In this document: positions 28,614-38,292 of the stretch, in pieces | Numbering within the stretch: position 1 is the first letter of the stretch | Layout of the letters: each line of letters begins with the position of its first letter | DNA from: an uncultured delta proteobacterium | GTDB taxonomy: Bacteria; Myxococcota_A; Polyangia; Polyangiales; Polyangiaceae | DNA: 64,000 bases | Direction of reading: 5' to 3' | Assembly: GCA_963806225.1 (NCBI GenBank) | Contig: CAWDXG010000003.1 | Span: forward strand, 192,001-256,000 | The notes under the pieces: generated by a model | Told to the model about the DNA's origin: nothing | Databases searched by the model: none | The model's input: the letters and a program-made list of their open reading frames with translations, nothing else | Translations under genes and position numbers: made by a program

Positions 28614-29435
28614 ATGGGACGGGAGCTCGGAGCGAGGCGGCCGCATCGCGCGGCGCTGTGCCTGGTGCTGATCGCGCTGGCGTTCGTCACGGGTTGTTCG
28701 GTCCCGGTCGCGACCGCCCTGGACGACGCGGACTCCAACCGCGTGATGGTCGCGCTCGAGAAGAGCGGCGTCGCCGCGCAAAAGGAACAGGATCCCGGCT
28801 CGGAGGGGCACTGGCGCGTCACCGTGGCCCGCGACGACGCGCCTGCGGCCGTGGCCGTGCTCACCCAGGAAGGGCTGCCGCCGCCCAGCACGCCCGGCGT
28901 ACTCGACGCGCTCGGCAAGGGATCGATCGTGCCAAGCCGCACCGCCGAGCACGCCAAGCTGATCGTCGGCACCGCCGGCGATCTCGAGCACTCGCTGCTG
29001 GCGGTCGACGGCGTGCTTTCCGCACGCGTGCACCTCGCCGTTCCCGAGAAGACCGCGTTCTTCGACGAGGGCAAGGAGCCCGCCCCGACCGCGTCGGTAT
29101 TGATCCGGCACAGCGGCGCCACACCGCCGATCGCCGTGCAGCAGGTCCAGCGTCTGGTGGCCGGCGCGGTGCCGGGCCTCGAGCCCGACCACGTCTCGGT
29201 GGTCGAGACCCCATCGGCGACGCCGAGCCGTCCGCCGGAGCGCGAGCTGTCGCGCTTCGGTCCCATCACGGTCACCCGCTCCTCGATGCTGCCGCTCAGG
29301 CTGATGGTGGGCGGCGCGGTGCTCCTGAACGTGCTGCTCCTGGGGCTGCTTGTCTTCGTGTGGGGACGCGCGCGGCGCACCTCGCTGGCGCTGACCGAGG
29401 CGCAGACGGAAGGCTCCCGGCGGGACGCGACTTGA
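28614..29435 (+). CDS. YscJ/FliF-family (SctJ-like) ring lipoprotein
   Basis: Lipobox VTGC; LDDADSNRVMVALEKSGV, GLP, IVPSRTAE, DGVLSARVHLAVPE, PTASVLIRH, LVAGAVPGLEPDHVSVV; C-terminal TM. Confidence 0.85.
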   Translation: MGRELGARRPHRAALCLVLIALAFVTGCSVPVATALDDADSNRVMVALEKSGVAAQKEQDPGSEGHWRVTVARDDAPAAVAVLTQEGLPPPSTPGVLDALGKGSIVPSRTAEHAKLIVGTAGDLEHSLLAVDGVLSARVHLAVPEKTAFFDEGKEPAPTASVLIRHSGATPPIAVQQVQRLVAGAVPGLEPDHVSVVETPSATPSRPPERELSRFGPITVTRSSMLPLRLMVGGAVLLNVLLLGLLVFVWGRARRTSLALTEAQTEGSRRDAT

Positions 29436-30166
29436 TCCGGCTCGAGGGCATCACCAAGTCATTCGACCGCCCGGTCCTACGCGGCATCGACCTCGAAGTG
29501 CCGACCGGTTGCCTCTACGGCCTGATCGGACCGGGCGCGTCGGGCAAGAGCGTACTGCTCAAGATCGCCACCGGCCTGATCCGCCCCGACACCGGTCGCG
29601 TGTTGATCGACGGCCAGAACATCCTGTCGATGACGGACCTCGAGCTGCAGGAGTTCCGCAAACGCATCGGCATGCTGTTCCAGAACAACGCGCTGTTCGA
29701 CTTCATGACCGTCGCCGACAACATCGCGTTTCCACTCCGGAGGCTGTTCGATCTGCCGGAGGAAGAGATCCGCGAGCGCATCGGCGAGCGACTGCGCGTG
29801 GTGTCGATGGCCGGCTTCGAACAGCGCCTGCCGTCGGGACTGTCCGGCGGACAGAAAAAGCGCGTAGGCGTCGCGCGCGCCACCGTCGCCCAGGCGCCGA
29901 TCGTGCTGTACGACGAGCCCGCGGCCGGCCTCGATCCCGTCACCAGCCAGAAGATCTTCGATCTCCTCCGCGCGGAGCAGCAAGCCGCCGGCGCCACCGT
30001 GCTCATGGTCTCCAGCGACCTCGATCGGCTGCTGACCGTTACCGATCGCGTCGGCATGATGTACCGCGGCCGCCTGATCTTCGACGGCACCACGGCAGAA
30101 GCCCAGGCGTGCACCGACCCGTACGTGCACCAGTTCGTCCACGGCGAACCCGAAGGACCGCTGTAG
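29432..30166 (+). CDS. mlaF: ABC transporter ATP-binding protein (MlaF/Ttg2A-like)
   Basis: TTGA overlap start; GPGASGKS, IGMLFQNNALFD, LSGGQKKRV, LYDEPAAGLDPV, DPYVHQFVHG..EGPL. Confidence 0.85.
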   Translation: MIRLEGITKSFDRPVLRGIDLEVPTGCLYGLIGPGASGKSVLLKIATGLIRPDTGRVLIDGQNILSMTDLELQEFRKRIGMLFQNNALFDFMTVADNIAFPLRRLFDLPEEEIRERIGERLRVVSMAGFEQRLPSGLSGGQKKRVGVARATVAQAPIVLYDEPAAGLDPVTSQKIFDLLRAEQQAAGATVLMVSSDLDRLLTVTDRVGMMYRGRLIFDGTTAEAQACTDPYVHQFVHGEPEGPL

Positions 30167-30244
30167 GGCAGTTCGTCCACGGCGAACCCGAAGGACCGCT
30201 GTAGGGCAGTTCGTCCACGGCGAACCCGAAGGACCGCTGTAGGG
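30131..30244. repeat. 3 x 38-bp perfect tandem repeat of the mlaF 3' end
   Basis: Unit CAGTTCGTCCACGGCGAACCCGAAGGACCGCTGTAGGG at 30131, 30169 and 30207. Each copy includes the stop codon. Confidence 0.95.
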
Positions 30245-30387
30245 CTTTCGGCTGCCCCCCGCGCCGCACGGCGCTTCCACATGGCGCCGTGCTCGCCGCT
30301 TCGCGGCTGCGCGCGCCACCGGGGCCCCAAACCCGGCCGCTCCGCGCCCGGCCGGGCCCCCCACGCAAGGGCGTCTTTGCCCGTCGC

Positions 30388-31499
30388 CGCGACCGCAACG
30401 CGACGCGCGACGACACCGCGCACCCGACATAACCGGGTATGTCCTCGAAATTGTCGCCAAGCGCGACCGCAACCCGACGCCCGACGACACCGCGCACCCA
30501 CATAACCGGGTATGTCCTCGAAATTGTCGCCAAGCGCGACCGCAACCCGACGCCCGACGACACCGCGCACCCACATAACCGGGTATGTCCTCGAAATTGT
30601 CGCCAAGCGCGACCGCAACCCGACGCCCGACGACGCCGCGCACCCACATAACCGGGTATGTCCTCGAAATTGTCGCCAAGCGCGACCGCAACCCGACGCC
30701 CGACGACACCGCGCACCCACATAACCGGGTATGTCCTCGAAATTGTCGCCAAGCGCGACCGCAACCCGACGCCCGACGACGCCGCGCACCCACATAACCG
30801 GGTATGTCCTCGAAATTGTCGCCCACGCGACCGCAACCCGACGCCCGACGACGCCGCGCACCCACATAACCGGGTATGTCCTCGAAATTGTCGCCAAGCG
30901 CGACCGCAACCCGACGCCCGACGACACCGCGCACCCACATAACCGGGTATGTCCTCGAAATTGTCGCCAAGCGCGACCGCAACCCGACGCCCGACGACGC
31001 CGCGCACCCACATAACCGGGTATGTCCTCGAAGAATTGTCGCGCGCAGCGCGACCCGGCAACCCGACGCCCGACGACACCGCGCCACCCACATAACCGGG
31101 TATGTCCTCGAAATTGTCGCCAAGCGCGACCGCAACCCGACGCCCGACGACACCGCGCACCCACATAACCGGGTATGTCCTCGAAATTGTCGCCAAGCGC
31201 GACCGCAACCCGACGCCCGACGACACCGCGCACCCACATAACCGGGTATGTCCTCGAAATTGTCGCCAAGCGCGACCGCAACCCGACGCCCGACGACGCC
31301 GCGCACCCACATAACCGGGTATGTCCTCGAAATTGTCGCCGCAGCGCGACCGCAACCCGACGCCCGACGACACCGCGCACCCACATAACCGGGTATGTCC
31401 TCGAAATTGTCGCCAAGCGCGACCGCAACCCGACGCCCGACGACACCGCGCACCCACATAACCGGGTATGTCCTCGAAATTGTCGCCAAGCGCGACCGC
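30388..31499. repeat. Tandem array A: 15 x 73 bp
   Basis: Unit CGCGACCGCAACCCGACGCCCGACGAC(A/G)CCGCGCACCCACATAACCGGGTATGTCCTCGAAATTGTCGCCAAG. CATAACC anchors at 30428, 30501, 30574 ... 31457. No spacers. Confidence 0.97.
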
Positions 31500-31736
31500 C
31501 CGCCCTCGCCCTCGCCCTCGCCCTCCCTCTCGCACCAGCGCTACTGAACCGTCGCGCGCGGAGCGCGCGCGGCTTGGGGGAGGTCGGCGGGGCGCTCGCT
31601 GTCGCATGACGCGCTGCGTCGTGGCGCGTCCGATAGGGTGCCCCGCTGCCGGCGGCCCGACGGGTGGGGGCATCCCCTACCGCTGGAAAGCTCCCGCCGC
31701 TGGTCGCGGTATAAGGTCGGTGGCTACCCCGCCCCG

Positions 31737-32480
31737 ATGATTTCCTTCCGCAACGTCCAGAAGTCCTTCGGCACCAAGCATGTGCTGCGCGGAGTGAGCT
31801 TCGACGTGCAGGACGGCGAGGTGTTCTTCATCATCGGCGCCTCGGGAGTCGGCAAGAGCGTGCTGATCAAGCACCTGATCGGACTGCTCTACCCCGACGA
31901 GGGCGAGATCTGGCTCGACGGCGAGGAAGTCAGCCGTTTCGACGAGCAGCAGATGTACGCCGTCAGGAAGAAATGCGCGATGGTGTTCCAGCACTCGACG
32001 CTGTTCGACTCGATGAACTGCGCCGAGAACGTCGCGCTGCCGCTACGCAAGCACAAGGGCATGAGCCCGAAAGAGGCCCTGGCCGAGGCGCGCCGGCTGC
32101 TCGGGCAGGTCCACATGCAGGACTTCGCCGATCGCTTCCCGGCCGAGCTCGGCGACGGCATGCGCAAGCGCGTGGCGATCGCACGCGCGCTGACACTCGA
32201 CCCGCGCTACGTGCTGTTCGACGAGCCGACGACCAGCCTCGACCCGGTGAGCGCACGGCGCGTCGACCGGCTGATCCGCGAGCTCAGCGACACGCTGGGC
32301 GTCACGAGCATCGTGGTGTCCCACGACCTCGTCTCCATCTTCACGATCGCGGACCGGATTGTCATGCTGTACAAGGGACATGTGAAGCTCCTCGGACTTC
32401 CGGGGGACTTCCGTTCATCGGAGGACGGCGTCATCCAGCAGTTCATCAACGGCCGGGCCGAAGGCCCGATGGACAACTGA
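31737..32480 (+). CDS. mlaF: ABC transporter ATP-binding protein (second MlaF-like)
   Basis: GASGVGKS, MVFQHSTLFD, LGDGMRKRV (variant signature), LFDEPTTSLDPV, VSHD, QQFINGRAEGPM. Confidence 0.85.
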   Translation: MISFRNVQKSFGTKHVLRGVSFDVQDGEVFFIIGASGVGKSVLIKHLIGLLYPDEGEIWLDGEEVSRFDEQQMYAVRKKCAMVFQHSTLFDSMNCAENVALPLRKHKGMSPKEALAEARRLLGQVHMQDFADRFPAELGDGMRKRVAIARALTLDPRYVLFDEPTTSLDPVSARRVDRLIRELSDTLGVTSIVVSHDLVSIFTIADRIVMLYKGHVKLLGLPGDFRSSEDGVIQQFINGRAEGPMDN

Positions 32481-32499
32481 GAGGAAGAGCAGAAAACCC

Positions 32500-33522
32500 A
32501 TGAGCCAACGTTCGATCGAGGTCAAGGTCGGGGCTCTGATCCTCATCGCCCTGGTGCTGCTGGGCGGGTTCATCGTGATCATGGGCGGGCTCAGCTTCGA
32601 ACCGACCTACACGGTCTACGTGGACTTCGAGAACCCTGGTGGGCTGCAGTCGGGGGCGCCGGTGCGGATTGCGGGCGTCAAGGTCGGCCGCGTCTCGGAG
32701 ATGCAGTTCCGCGGCGACAAGCTGAACCCGAAGACGCACGAGGCCGTACCGCCGATCCGCGTGGTAGCGAAGATCGAGAAGCGCTACCAGGACGCCATCC
32801 ACGAAAACGCACGCTGGTACGTCACCAGCCAGGGTGTGCTCGGCGAGATGTTCCTGGCGGTCGAGCCGGGCTCGAGCGATCAGCCGGTGGTCAAGGACGG
32901 AGCCCACGTAATGGGCGTGAGCCCGCCCCGGCTCGACCTGCTGCTCGCCGAGAGCTACGAGCTATTGCACAAGGCGTACAAGGGCATCACCGACCACCAG
33001 AAGGAGATCAGCGAGACCTTCGACGGGCTTCACGACACGCTCAAGGGGACGGGCGACTTTTTCAAGCACAACAACAAGAAGCTCGACGGCATCGTCGACA
33101 ACGTGAACAACATCACGGTCGACGCCGACGACACGATCAAGTCCGCACGCAAGCAGTACGTGGACGGGCCGCAGGTCAAGCGCATCATGAACAACGTCGA
33201 TCAGACGACGAGCACCCTGAACAAGAACCTCGGTCCGCTGATGACCGATGGGCGGCAGGTGCTGGGCGACGCGAAGAAGCTGACCGGCGCGCTGGCGAGC
33301 AACGACCAGCTCTCGAAGTACAAGAAGATCACCGGCGACATCAGCGCAACGACGGGGCGGGCCAAGCTGGCGGCGGCGGACGCGCAGTCGATCGTGGCGC
33401 ACATCAAGCGCGGCAAGGGGACCGTCGGGGCGCTGGTGATGGACGAGTCGATCTACGACGACCTGCAGGAGATGCTCCGCGATCTGAAGCACAACCCCTG
33501 GAAGTTCTTCTGGCGCCAATAA
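32500..33522 (+). CDS. mlaD: MlaD/MCE-family protein
   Basis: N-terminal TM; FENPGGLQSGAPVRIAGVKVGRV, QGVLGEMFLAVEPG, a long helical region and DLKHNPWKFF. Confidence 0.9.
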   Translation: MSQRSIEVKVGALILIALVLLGGFIVIMGGLSFEPTYTVYVDFENPGGLQSGAPVRIAGVKVGRVSEMQFRGDKLNPKTHEAVPPIRVVAKIEKRYQDAIHENARWYVTSQGVLGEMFLAVEPGSSDQPVVKDGAHVMGVSPPRLDLLLAESYELLHKAYKGITDHQKEISETFDGLHDTLKGTGDFFKHNNKKLDGIVDNVNNITVDADDTIKSARKQYVDGPQVKRIMNNVDQTTSTLNKNLGPLMTDGRQVLGDAKKLTGALASNDQLSKYKKITGDISATTGRAKLAAADAQSIVAHIKRGKGTVGALVMDESIYDDLQEMLRDLKHNPWKFFWRQ

Positions 33523-33575
33523 GAGCCGGCCGCGCTAGGCCGTAACCCACGCCGCGGAGCGCGGTCGATCGCGGC

Positions 33576-34100
33576 TCAGCCGCTTCCGGCGTCCTGGATC
33601 GAGCCGCCGGTGCCACCCGAGCCGCCGGTGCCCGAGCCGCCGGTGCCCGTGCCACCCGAGCCGCCGGTGCCGGTGCCACCCGAGCCGCCGGTGCCCGTGC
33701 CACCCGAGCCGCCGGTGCCCGTGCCGCCCGAGCCGCCGGTGCCCGTGCCGCCCGAGCCACCGGTGCCGGTGCCGCCGCTGCCGCCCGAACCGCCAGCGCT
33801 TGTACCGCCGCTGCCGCCGGTGCTCGTCGAACCCCCAGCGCCGCCGGTTCCGGTCGAGCCGTCGCCGCCGCCCCCGTCGGCCGAGCCATCTGGCGGAGGA
33901 CCGGAAGGGCCATCCTCGGTAGAGACGATCTTGTTCACGTCGTTGCTGCAGGCGCCCTGGATGCAGACCAGCCCCGCCTGGCAGTCGTCCGCGCGGAAGC
34001 AGTCCGCTCCGGCGCCCCCCAGCTTCTGGGGCCCGCCGCAGGACCAGGTGAACAGCAGCGCAGCGCCCAGCAGAGATGCCGCCGCTGATCGCTGCCTCAC
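33576..34100 (-). CDS. Small Cys-rich lipoprotein with Gly/Thr/Ser-rich repeat tail
   Basis: GTG start after AGGA; lipobox-like TWSC; CFRADDCQAGLVCIQGAC; about 6 x GGSGGTGT encoded by 24-bp repeats. Confidence 0.65.
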   Translation of the reverse strand: MRQRSAAASLLGAALLFTWSCGGPQKLGGAGADCFRADDCQAGLVCIQGACSNDVNKIVSTEDGPSGPPPDGSADGGGGDGSTGTGGAGGSTSTGGSGGTSAGGSGGSGGTGTGGSGGTGTGGSGGTGTGGSGGTGTGGSGGTGTGGSGGTGTGGSGTGGSGGTGGSIQDAGSG

Positions 34101-34186
34101 GTGTTTTCCTACCCACGCCCGTCACCTACAAAGCATCAATTCGCTGGCTATCGTGCCATGGAACGCGGCGGGTTGCACTGGGCCGA

Positions 34187-34402
34187 CTACTCCAGGGTGA
34201 GCAGGACATCGCCTTCCTCGACGGCCTGCCCTTCGCTGACGACGATGGTCGCCACCTTGCCCGCGTCCGGTGCTTCGACCGGCATCTCCATCTTCATCGA
34301 CTCGAGGATGACGACGGTCTGTTCCTCCTCGACCTGGTCGCCCGGCTTGACTTCTATCTTCCAGACCGTCCCGGTGATGTGAGCGCACACGTCCACTGGC
34401 AT
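34187..34402 (-). CDS. Stand-alone biotin carboxyl carrier (biotinyl domain) protein
   Basis: AHITGTVWKIEVKPGDQV...ILESMKMEMPV, with the MKM biotinylation motif. Confidence 0.88.
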   Translation of the reverse strand: MPVDVCAHITGTVWKIEVKPGDQVEEEQTVVILESMKMEMPVEAPDAGKVATIVVSEGQAVEEGDVLLTLE

Positions 34403-34688
34403 GCCGCGCACTCTACACTGGCGGGGCCGGCGTCGGGCGGGGTTGTGGTCCGGAAGCTCACATACCAGCCGGTATGTGCCGACCGTGGCGGATCGCCACC
34501 CAAGCCCGGCCGCCGGCGCGTGTCGGATCCGACAGCGACTTGGACTGGGCTATCGCGGCGACTTGGATTACCATTTCGCCGAGCCGACCCCGTTGACGAA
34601 ATCGCTGCCCGGGTTGGTATGCGCGTACGCGCCGATACCCAGCGACAAACGCCCAATCGGAACGCTGCCGCACCGAGGAAAATCGCTC

Positions 34689-35448
34689 ATGGCCGAACAG
34701 AAGGAAAGCTCGGTTCTCTTCTCCCTCAAGGAGCTGATGAACCTCGAGGAAGACCGCATCAAGCAGGAAGAGAGCGAGAAGGAGGCCGCCGCCCGCCAAG
34801 AGGCCGAGGCGAAGGCCGCCGCTGAGCGCGCCAGCCCGCGAGGCCGAGGAAGCCCGGCTTCGCCAGCGCCGAGGAACAGCGCCGGATGGAGGAGCAGCGC
34901 CGGCGCGAGGAAGAAGCGCGTCTCGAAGCGATGCGCCAGGCGGAGATCGAGAAGGCCCGCGCCGAGGCGGAACACCGTGCGCGCATGGAGGCGCTCACCT
35001 CGCAGCAGGCGCACGAGCAGGAGCTCGCCAAGCACAAGCCGACAAGCACAAGAAGCGCCTGCAGATCACCATCGGCGTCGTGTCCGCAGTGCTCGTGATC
35101 GGCGGCATCACGACCGCCGTCCTGGTCGTCAAGCACAACCAGGAGCAGGAAAAGAAAGCCGCCCAGCTCGAGGCGCAGCGCCAGGCGACCGAGGCGAAGC
35201 TCAACAAGCTGCAGAGCGCGAGTTCGAGGACGCGCGCAAGAAGGAAACCCAGCTCCGCAAGACCCTGGCCAACGCCAAGGACGAAGCCGAGCGCGCGAAG
35301 ATCGAGGCGCAGCTGGCCAAGGCCAGGAAGGAGCGCGAACAGGCCGGCCGCGCGCTCAGGACGAGCGGAGGCAGCGGCGGCTCGAAGAAGTCGGCCGCGC
35401 CGGCGAAGAAGTGTCCGCCCGGCGATCCGCATGTGCGGTACGCTCTGA
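34689..35448 (+). CDS. Coiled-coil single-TM protein (frameshifted)
   Basis: GAGGA RBS; MAEQKESSVLFSLKELMNLEEDRI, an E/A/R-rich coil, a TM (VSAVLVIGGITTAVLVV) and a C-terminal KKCPPGDP motif. Confidence 0.6.
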
Positions 35449-35452
35449 GCGC

Positions 35453-36206
35453 GTGACGCCCAACGAAACCCCGGATCCCACGGCGGATCCGCGCCGCCGG
35501 CTCGCTTTCGCGCTCGACTATCCCACGCTCGACGAAGCGCGGCGTGGGGCCGAGGCGGTACGCGCCTCGGCGGGCGTGCTCAAGGTCGGGCTGGAGCTGT
35601 TCGTCCGCGAAGGCCCGCCCGCCGTGCGGCTAGGACCCGCACTGGGCTGCCAGGTCTTCCTCGATCTGAAGCTCCACGACATCCCGAAAACGGTCGACCG
35701 CGCCGTGGGCGTGGCCTCTGGACTCGGCGTCCGCTATCTGACGCTGCACGCCGCCGGCGGCCCCCACATGCTGGAGCAGGCGGCAAAGCGCGCCGATCGC
35801 GAAGGGACCGAGCTGGTGCTGCTGGCCGTGACGGTGCTCACCTCGCTGGACGCCGCGGATCTGCACGCCACCGGCGTGAACGACGCGCCCGGGGCGCACG
35901 CGCTCAGGCTGGCCCGACTGGCGCGCTCGGCCGGCGTGCCGGGGCTGGTGTGCTCCAGCGCCGAGGTGGGCCCTGCTCCGGCGGGAGCTCGGGCCCGATG
36001 CAGTGCTGGTGACGCCGGGGATCCGCCCAGCGGGCTCCGGCGGGGACGACCAGAAGCGGACCGGCACGCCCGGCGGCGCCATCCGCGACGGCTCGAGCAT
36101 CCTGGTGGTCGGCCGCCCCATCCGCGACGCCGCGGACCCCGCAGCCGCTGCCCGGGCCATCGTGGACGAGATCGCCGAGGCGCAGCGTGAAGCGACAGCC
36201 CGCTAG
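35453..36206 (+). CDS. pyrF: Orotidine-5'-phosphate decarboxylase (frameshift near 35970)
   Basis: [52 protein letters not shown]. Confidence 0.93.
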
Positions 36207-36936
36207 CGAGGGGCGCCTGGTTGCGGGCCTGCAGCCCGTCCGCGAGGCGATCCGTGTGCACGGCGCGGCCCTTTCGCGCGTGGCGGTCGATTCGCGGGAG
36301 CTGCCGCGGCTGGACGCCGTGGCACGCTTCGCCCAGGACCGCGGCGTGGAGCGCATCGATCGGCTGCCACGCCGCGAGCTGGAGCGGCTGAGCGGCGGGG
36401 TCTCGCACCAGGGCGTGCTGGCCTGGGCGCCCGCGCTGGTGCTCGCCGAGCCGGCTTCGGTGCTGGATGATCCGGCGCTTCTGGCACTGGCCCTCGACGG
36501 CATCCAGGATCCGCAGAACTTCGGCGCGCTGATCCGCAGCGCCGTCGGTCTGGCCAGCGCGCCGGTGCTGTGGGGCGAGCACGCCTCGGCGCCGCTGGGC
36601 ACGGCGACCTTCCGGGCCTCGGCCGGGGCCATCGAGCACGCGACGCTCTGCCGGGTCAGGTCGCTGGCCGGCACATTGGCCGACGCGGCCGGGCGCGGGG
36701 CGCAGGTCGTCGGGCTCGACCCGCAGGCTCCGGTCCGGCTCTGCGATCTGGATCTGACCGGACCCACCCTGCTGGTGATCGGCAGCGAGCACGAAGGGCT
36801 CGGCCGCGCCGTGCGACGCGCCTGCACCGCTCACGCCCAGCTGGTCCCCCGCGGGCCTATCGACTCGCTCAACGCATCGGTCGCCGCGGGCATTGCGCTG
36901 TACGAGGCCGTCACCCAGCGGCTGCGCACGCGCTGA
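36187..36936 (+). CDS. rlmB: 23S rRNA Gm2251 methyltransferase RlmB (SpoU/TrmH family)
   Basis: [45 protein letters not shown]. Confidence 0.85.
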   Translation: MKRQPASEGRLVAGLQPVREAIRVHGAALSRVAVDSRELPRLDAVARFAQDRGVERIDRLPRRELERLSGGVSHQGVLAWAPALVLAEPASVLDDPALLALALDGIQDPQNFGALIRSAVGLASAPVLWGEHASAPLGTATFRASAGAIEHATLCRVRSLAGTLADAAGRGAQVVGLDPQAPVRLCDLDLTGPTLLVIGSEHEGLGRAVRRACTAHAQLVPRGPIDSLNASVAAGIALYEAVTQRLRTR

Positions 36937-37161
36937 ACGATTTCCTGTTTCCACACAGGTGGTTGTGCGCGAGAGCTCCAGCTCTGCACGAAGCGCGCGC
37001 GTGCTGCTGAACACCTGTCACGCGTGCGCGGCCCCCTGCTCTATTGAATGGAACAGCCGGGATCGCGCGGACGTGCTCCGATTAGCCCAACGATTCCGAG
37101 TGAGTCGACCGGGAGTGCGAGGTGACCGGTGCGGGACATGGAACCCGCTTCATCCATCACC

Positions 37162-38292
37162 TCAGACACTGGAGTCACGACCGCCAAGTACCCGTAAGAA
37201 CGCATCAATCGCGCCACGGACCTGTTCGGGCCCGGAGCCGTCTCCGAGGCTCACGCGAAGGGCCGAGCTTCCGCGCTCTCTTCCGAGCATCGCGCTGATC
37301 ACGCCGGACGGCTCGGAGCTGCCGGCGCTGCACGCGCTGCCGCTCGACACGCGCACTCCGCAGAGGTCGAGGGCGGCGACCAGCTCGTCCCCACGCCAGC
37401 CACGGAACGACTGGTTGCTGACGTGCGGCAGCCGCGGCGCATCGGCCCCGTTCGGCTCGGCGAACGCCGAGAGCTCCGACTCCAGCTCGTCGCGCAGGAC
37501 GGCAAGCTCCTGGTAGCGGGCCGGCCCATCCAGCGCCAGCTCGAGGGCGGCGCCCAGGCCGGCGGCCAATGCCGCGTCCGGTGTCCCCGGACGCAGGCCG
37601 CGCTCCTGCGACCCGCCCAGCAGCAGCGGCTCCGGCGCAGGGCCGCGCCAGGCCAGGACCCCGATGCCCTTGGGGCCGCGCATCTTGTGGCCGGCCAGCG
37701 CGATGCTGTCGGCCATTCGCCAGCGCTCGGCCGGCAGCTTGGCCAGCGCCTGGACCGCATCGACGTGCAGCCGTGCTCCGGCCGCGTGCACCCGCTCGGC
37801 GACTTCGGCGACGGGCTGGATCACGCCCGTCTCGTGGTTGGCCGCCATCAGCGCCACCACCGAACCGGCGGGCAGCCGGGTGAGCGCTTCGCCCACGGCT
37901 TCGGGCTCGATGCGGCCCGAGGGCGGTACCGGCAGCCACTCCACGGGGCGGCCCTGCGCGGCGAGCAGCTCCGCCACGCGGATCACCGACGGGTGCTCGA
38001 TGCGGCTGGTTGCCAGGCCCGGTGCCGAGCGCAGGGCCAGGTTGTTGGCCTCGGTGCCGCCGGAGCAGAACAGCACGTCGCGTGGATGCAGCTCGAGCAG
38101 CCCGGCGACGGCTTCGCGCGTCTCTTCCAGCACGGCGCGGGCACGGCGTCCGGCGGCGTGGACGCTGGACGGATTGCCCCAGGCGTTGCGTGCCGCCTTC
38201 TGCATCGCCTCGAGCACCCGCGGATGCGGCGGCGTCGTCGCGTTCCAATCGAGATAGATCTCGGTTTCCATCCCGCCCGTCCCCTGGCTCAT
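37162..38292 (-). CDS. Cysteine desulfurase (IscS/NifS family)
   Basis: IYLDWNATT, GNPSSVH, SGGTEANN, NHETG, HVDAVQ, GHKMRGPKG, SSGSACS. Confidence 0.92.
   Translation of the reverse strand: MSQGTGGMETEIYLDWNATTPPHPRVLEAMQKAARNAWGNPSSVHAAGRRARAVLEETREAVAGLLELHPRDVLFCSGGTEANNLALRSAPGLATSRIEHPSVIRVAELLAAQGRPVEWLPVPPSGRIEPEAVGEALTRLPAGSVVALMAANHETGVIQPVAEVAERVHAAGARLHVDAVQALAKLPAERWRMADSIALAGHKMRGPKGIGVLAWRGPAPEPLLLGGSQERGLRPGTPDAALAAGLGAALELALDGPARYQELAVLRDELESELSAFAEPNGADAPRLPHVSNQSFRGWRGDELVAALDLCGVRVSSGSACSAGSSEPSGVISAMLGRERGSSALRVSLGDGSGPEQVRGAIDAFLRVLGGRDSSV

Noticed and set aside
30388..31499. Array A (and arrays B and C) as CRISPR or guide-RNA arrays
   Set aside because: The units are contiguous and near-identical with no unique spacers, and no cas gene was recognised in the window.
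29477..31673. Long repetitive ORFs over array A, and equivalent ORFs over array C
   Set aside because: They arise from stop-poor repeats open in several frames. The 73-bp period and indels within units are inconsistent with coding.
33601..33780. 24-bp tandem repeat as a separate DNA element
   Set aside because: It is in frame and encodes the GGSGGTGT linker of a lipoprotein, with synonymous variation between copies.
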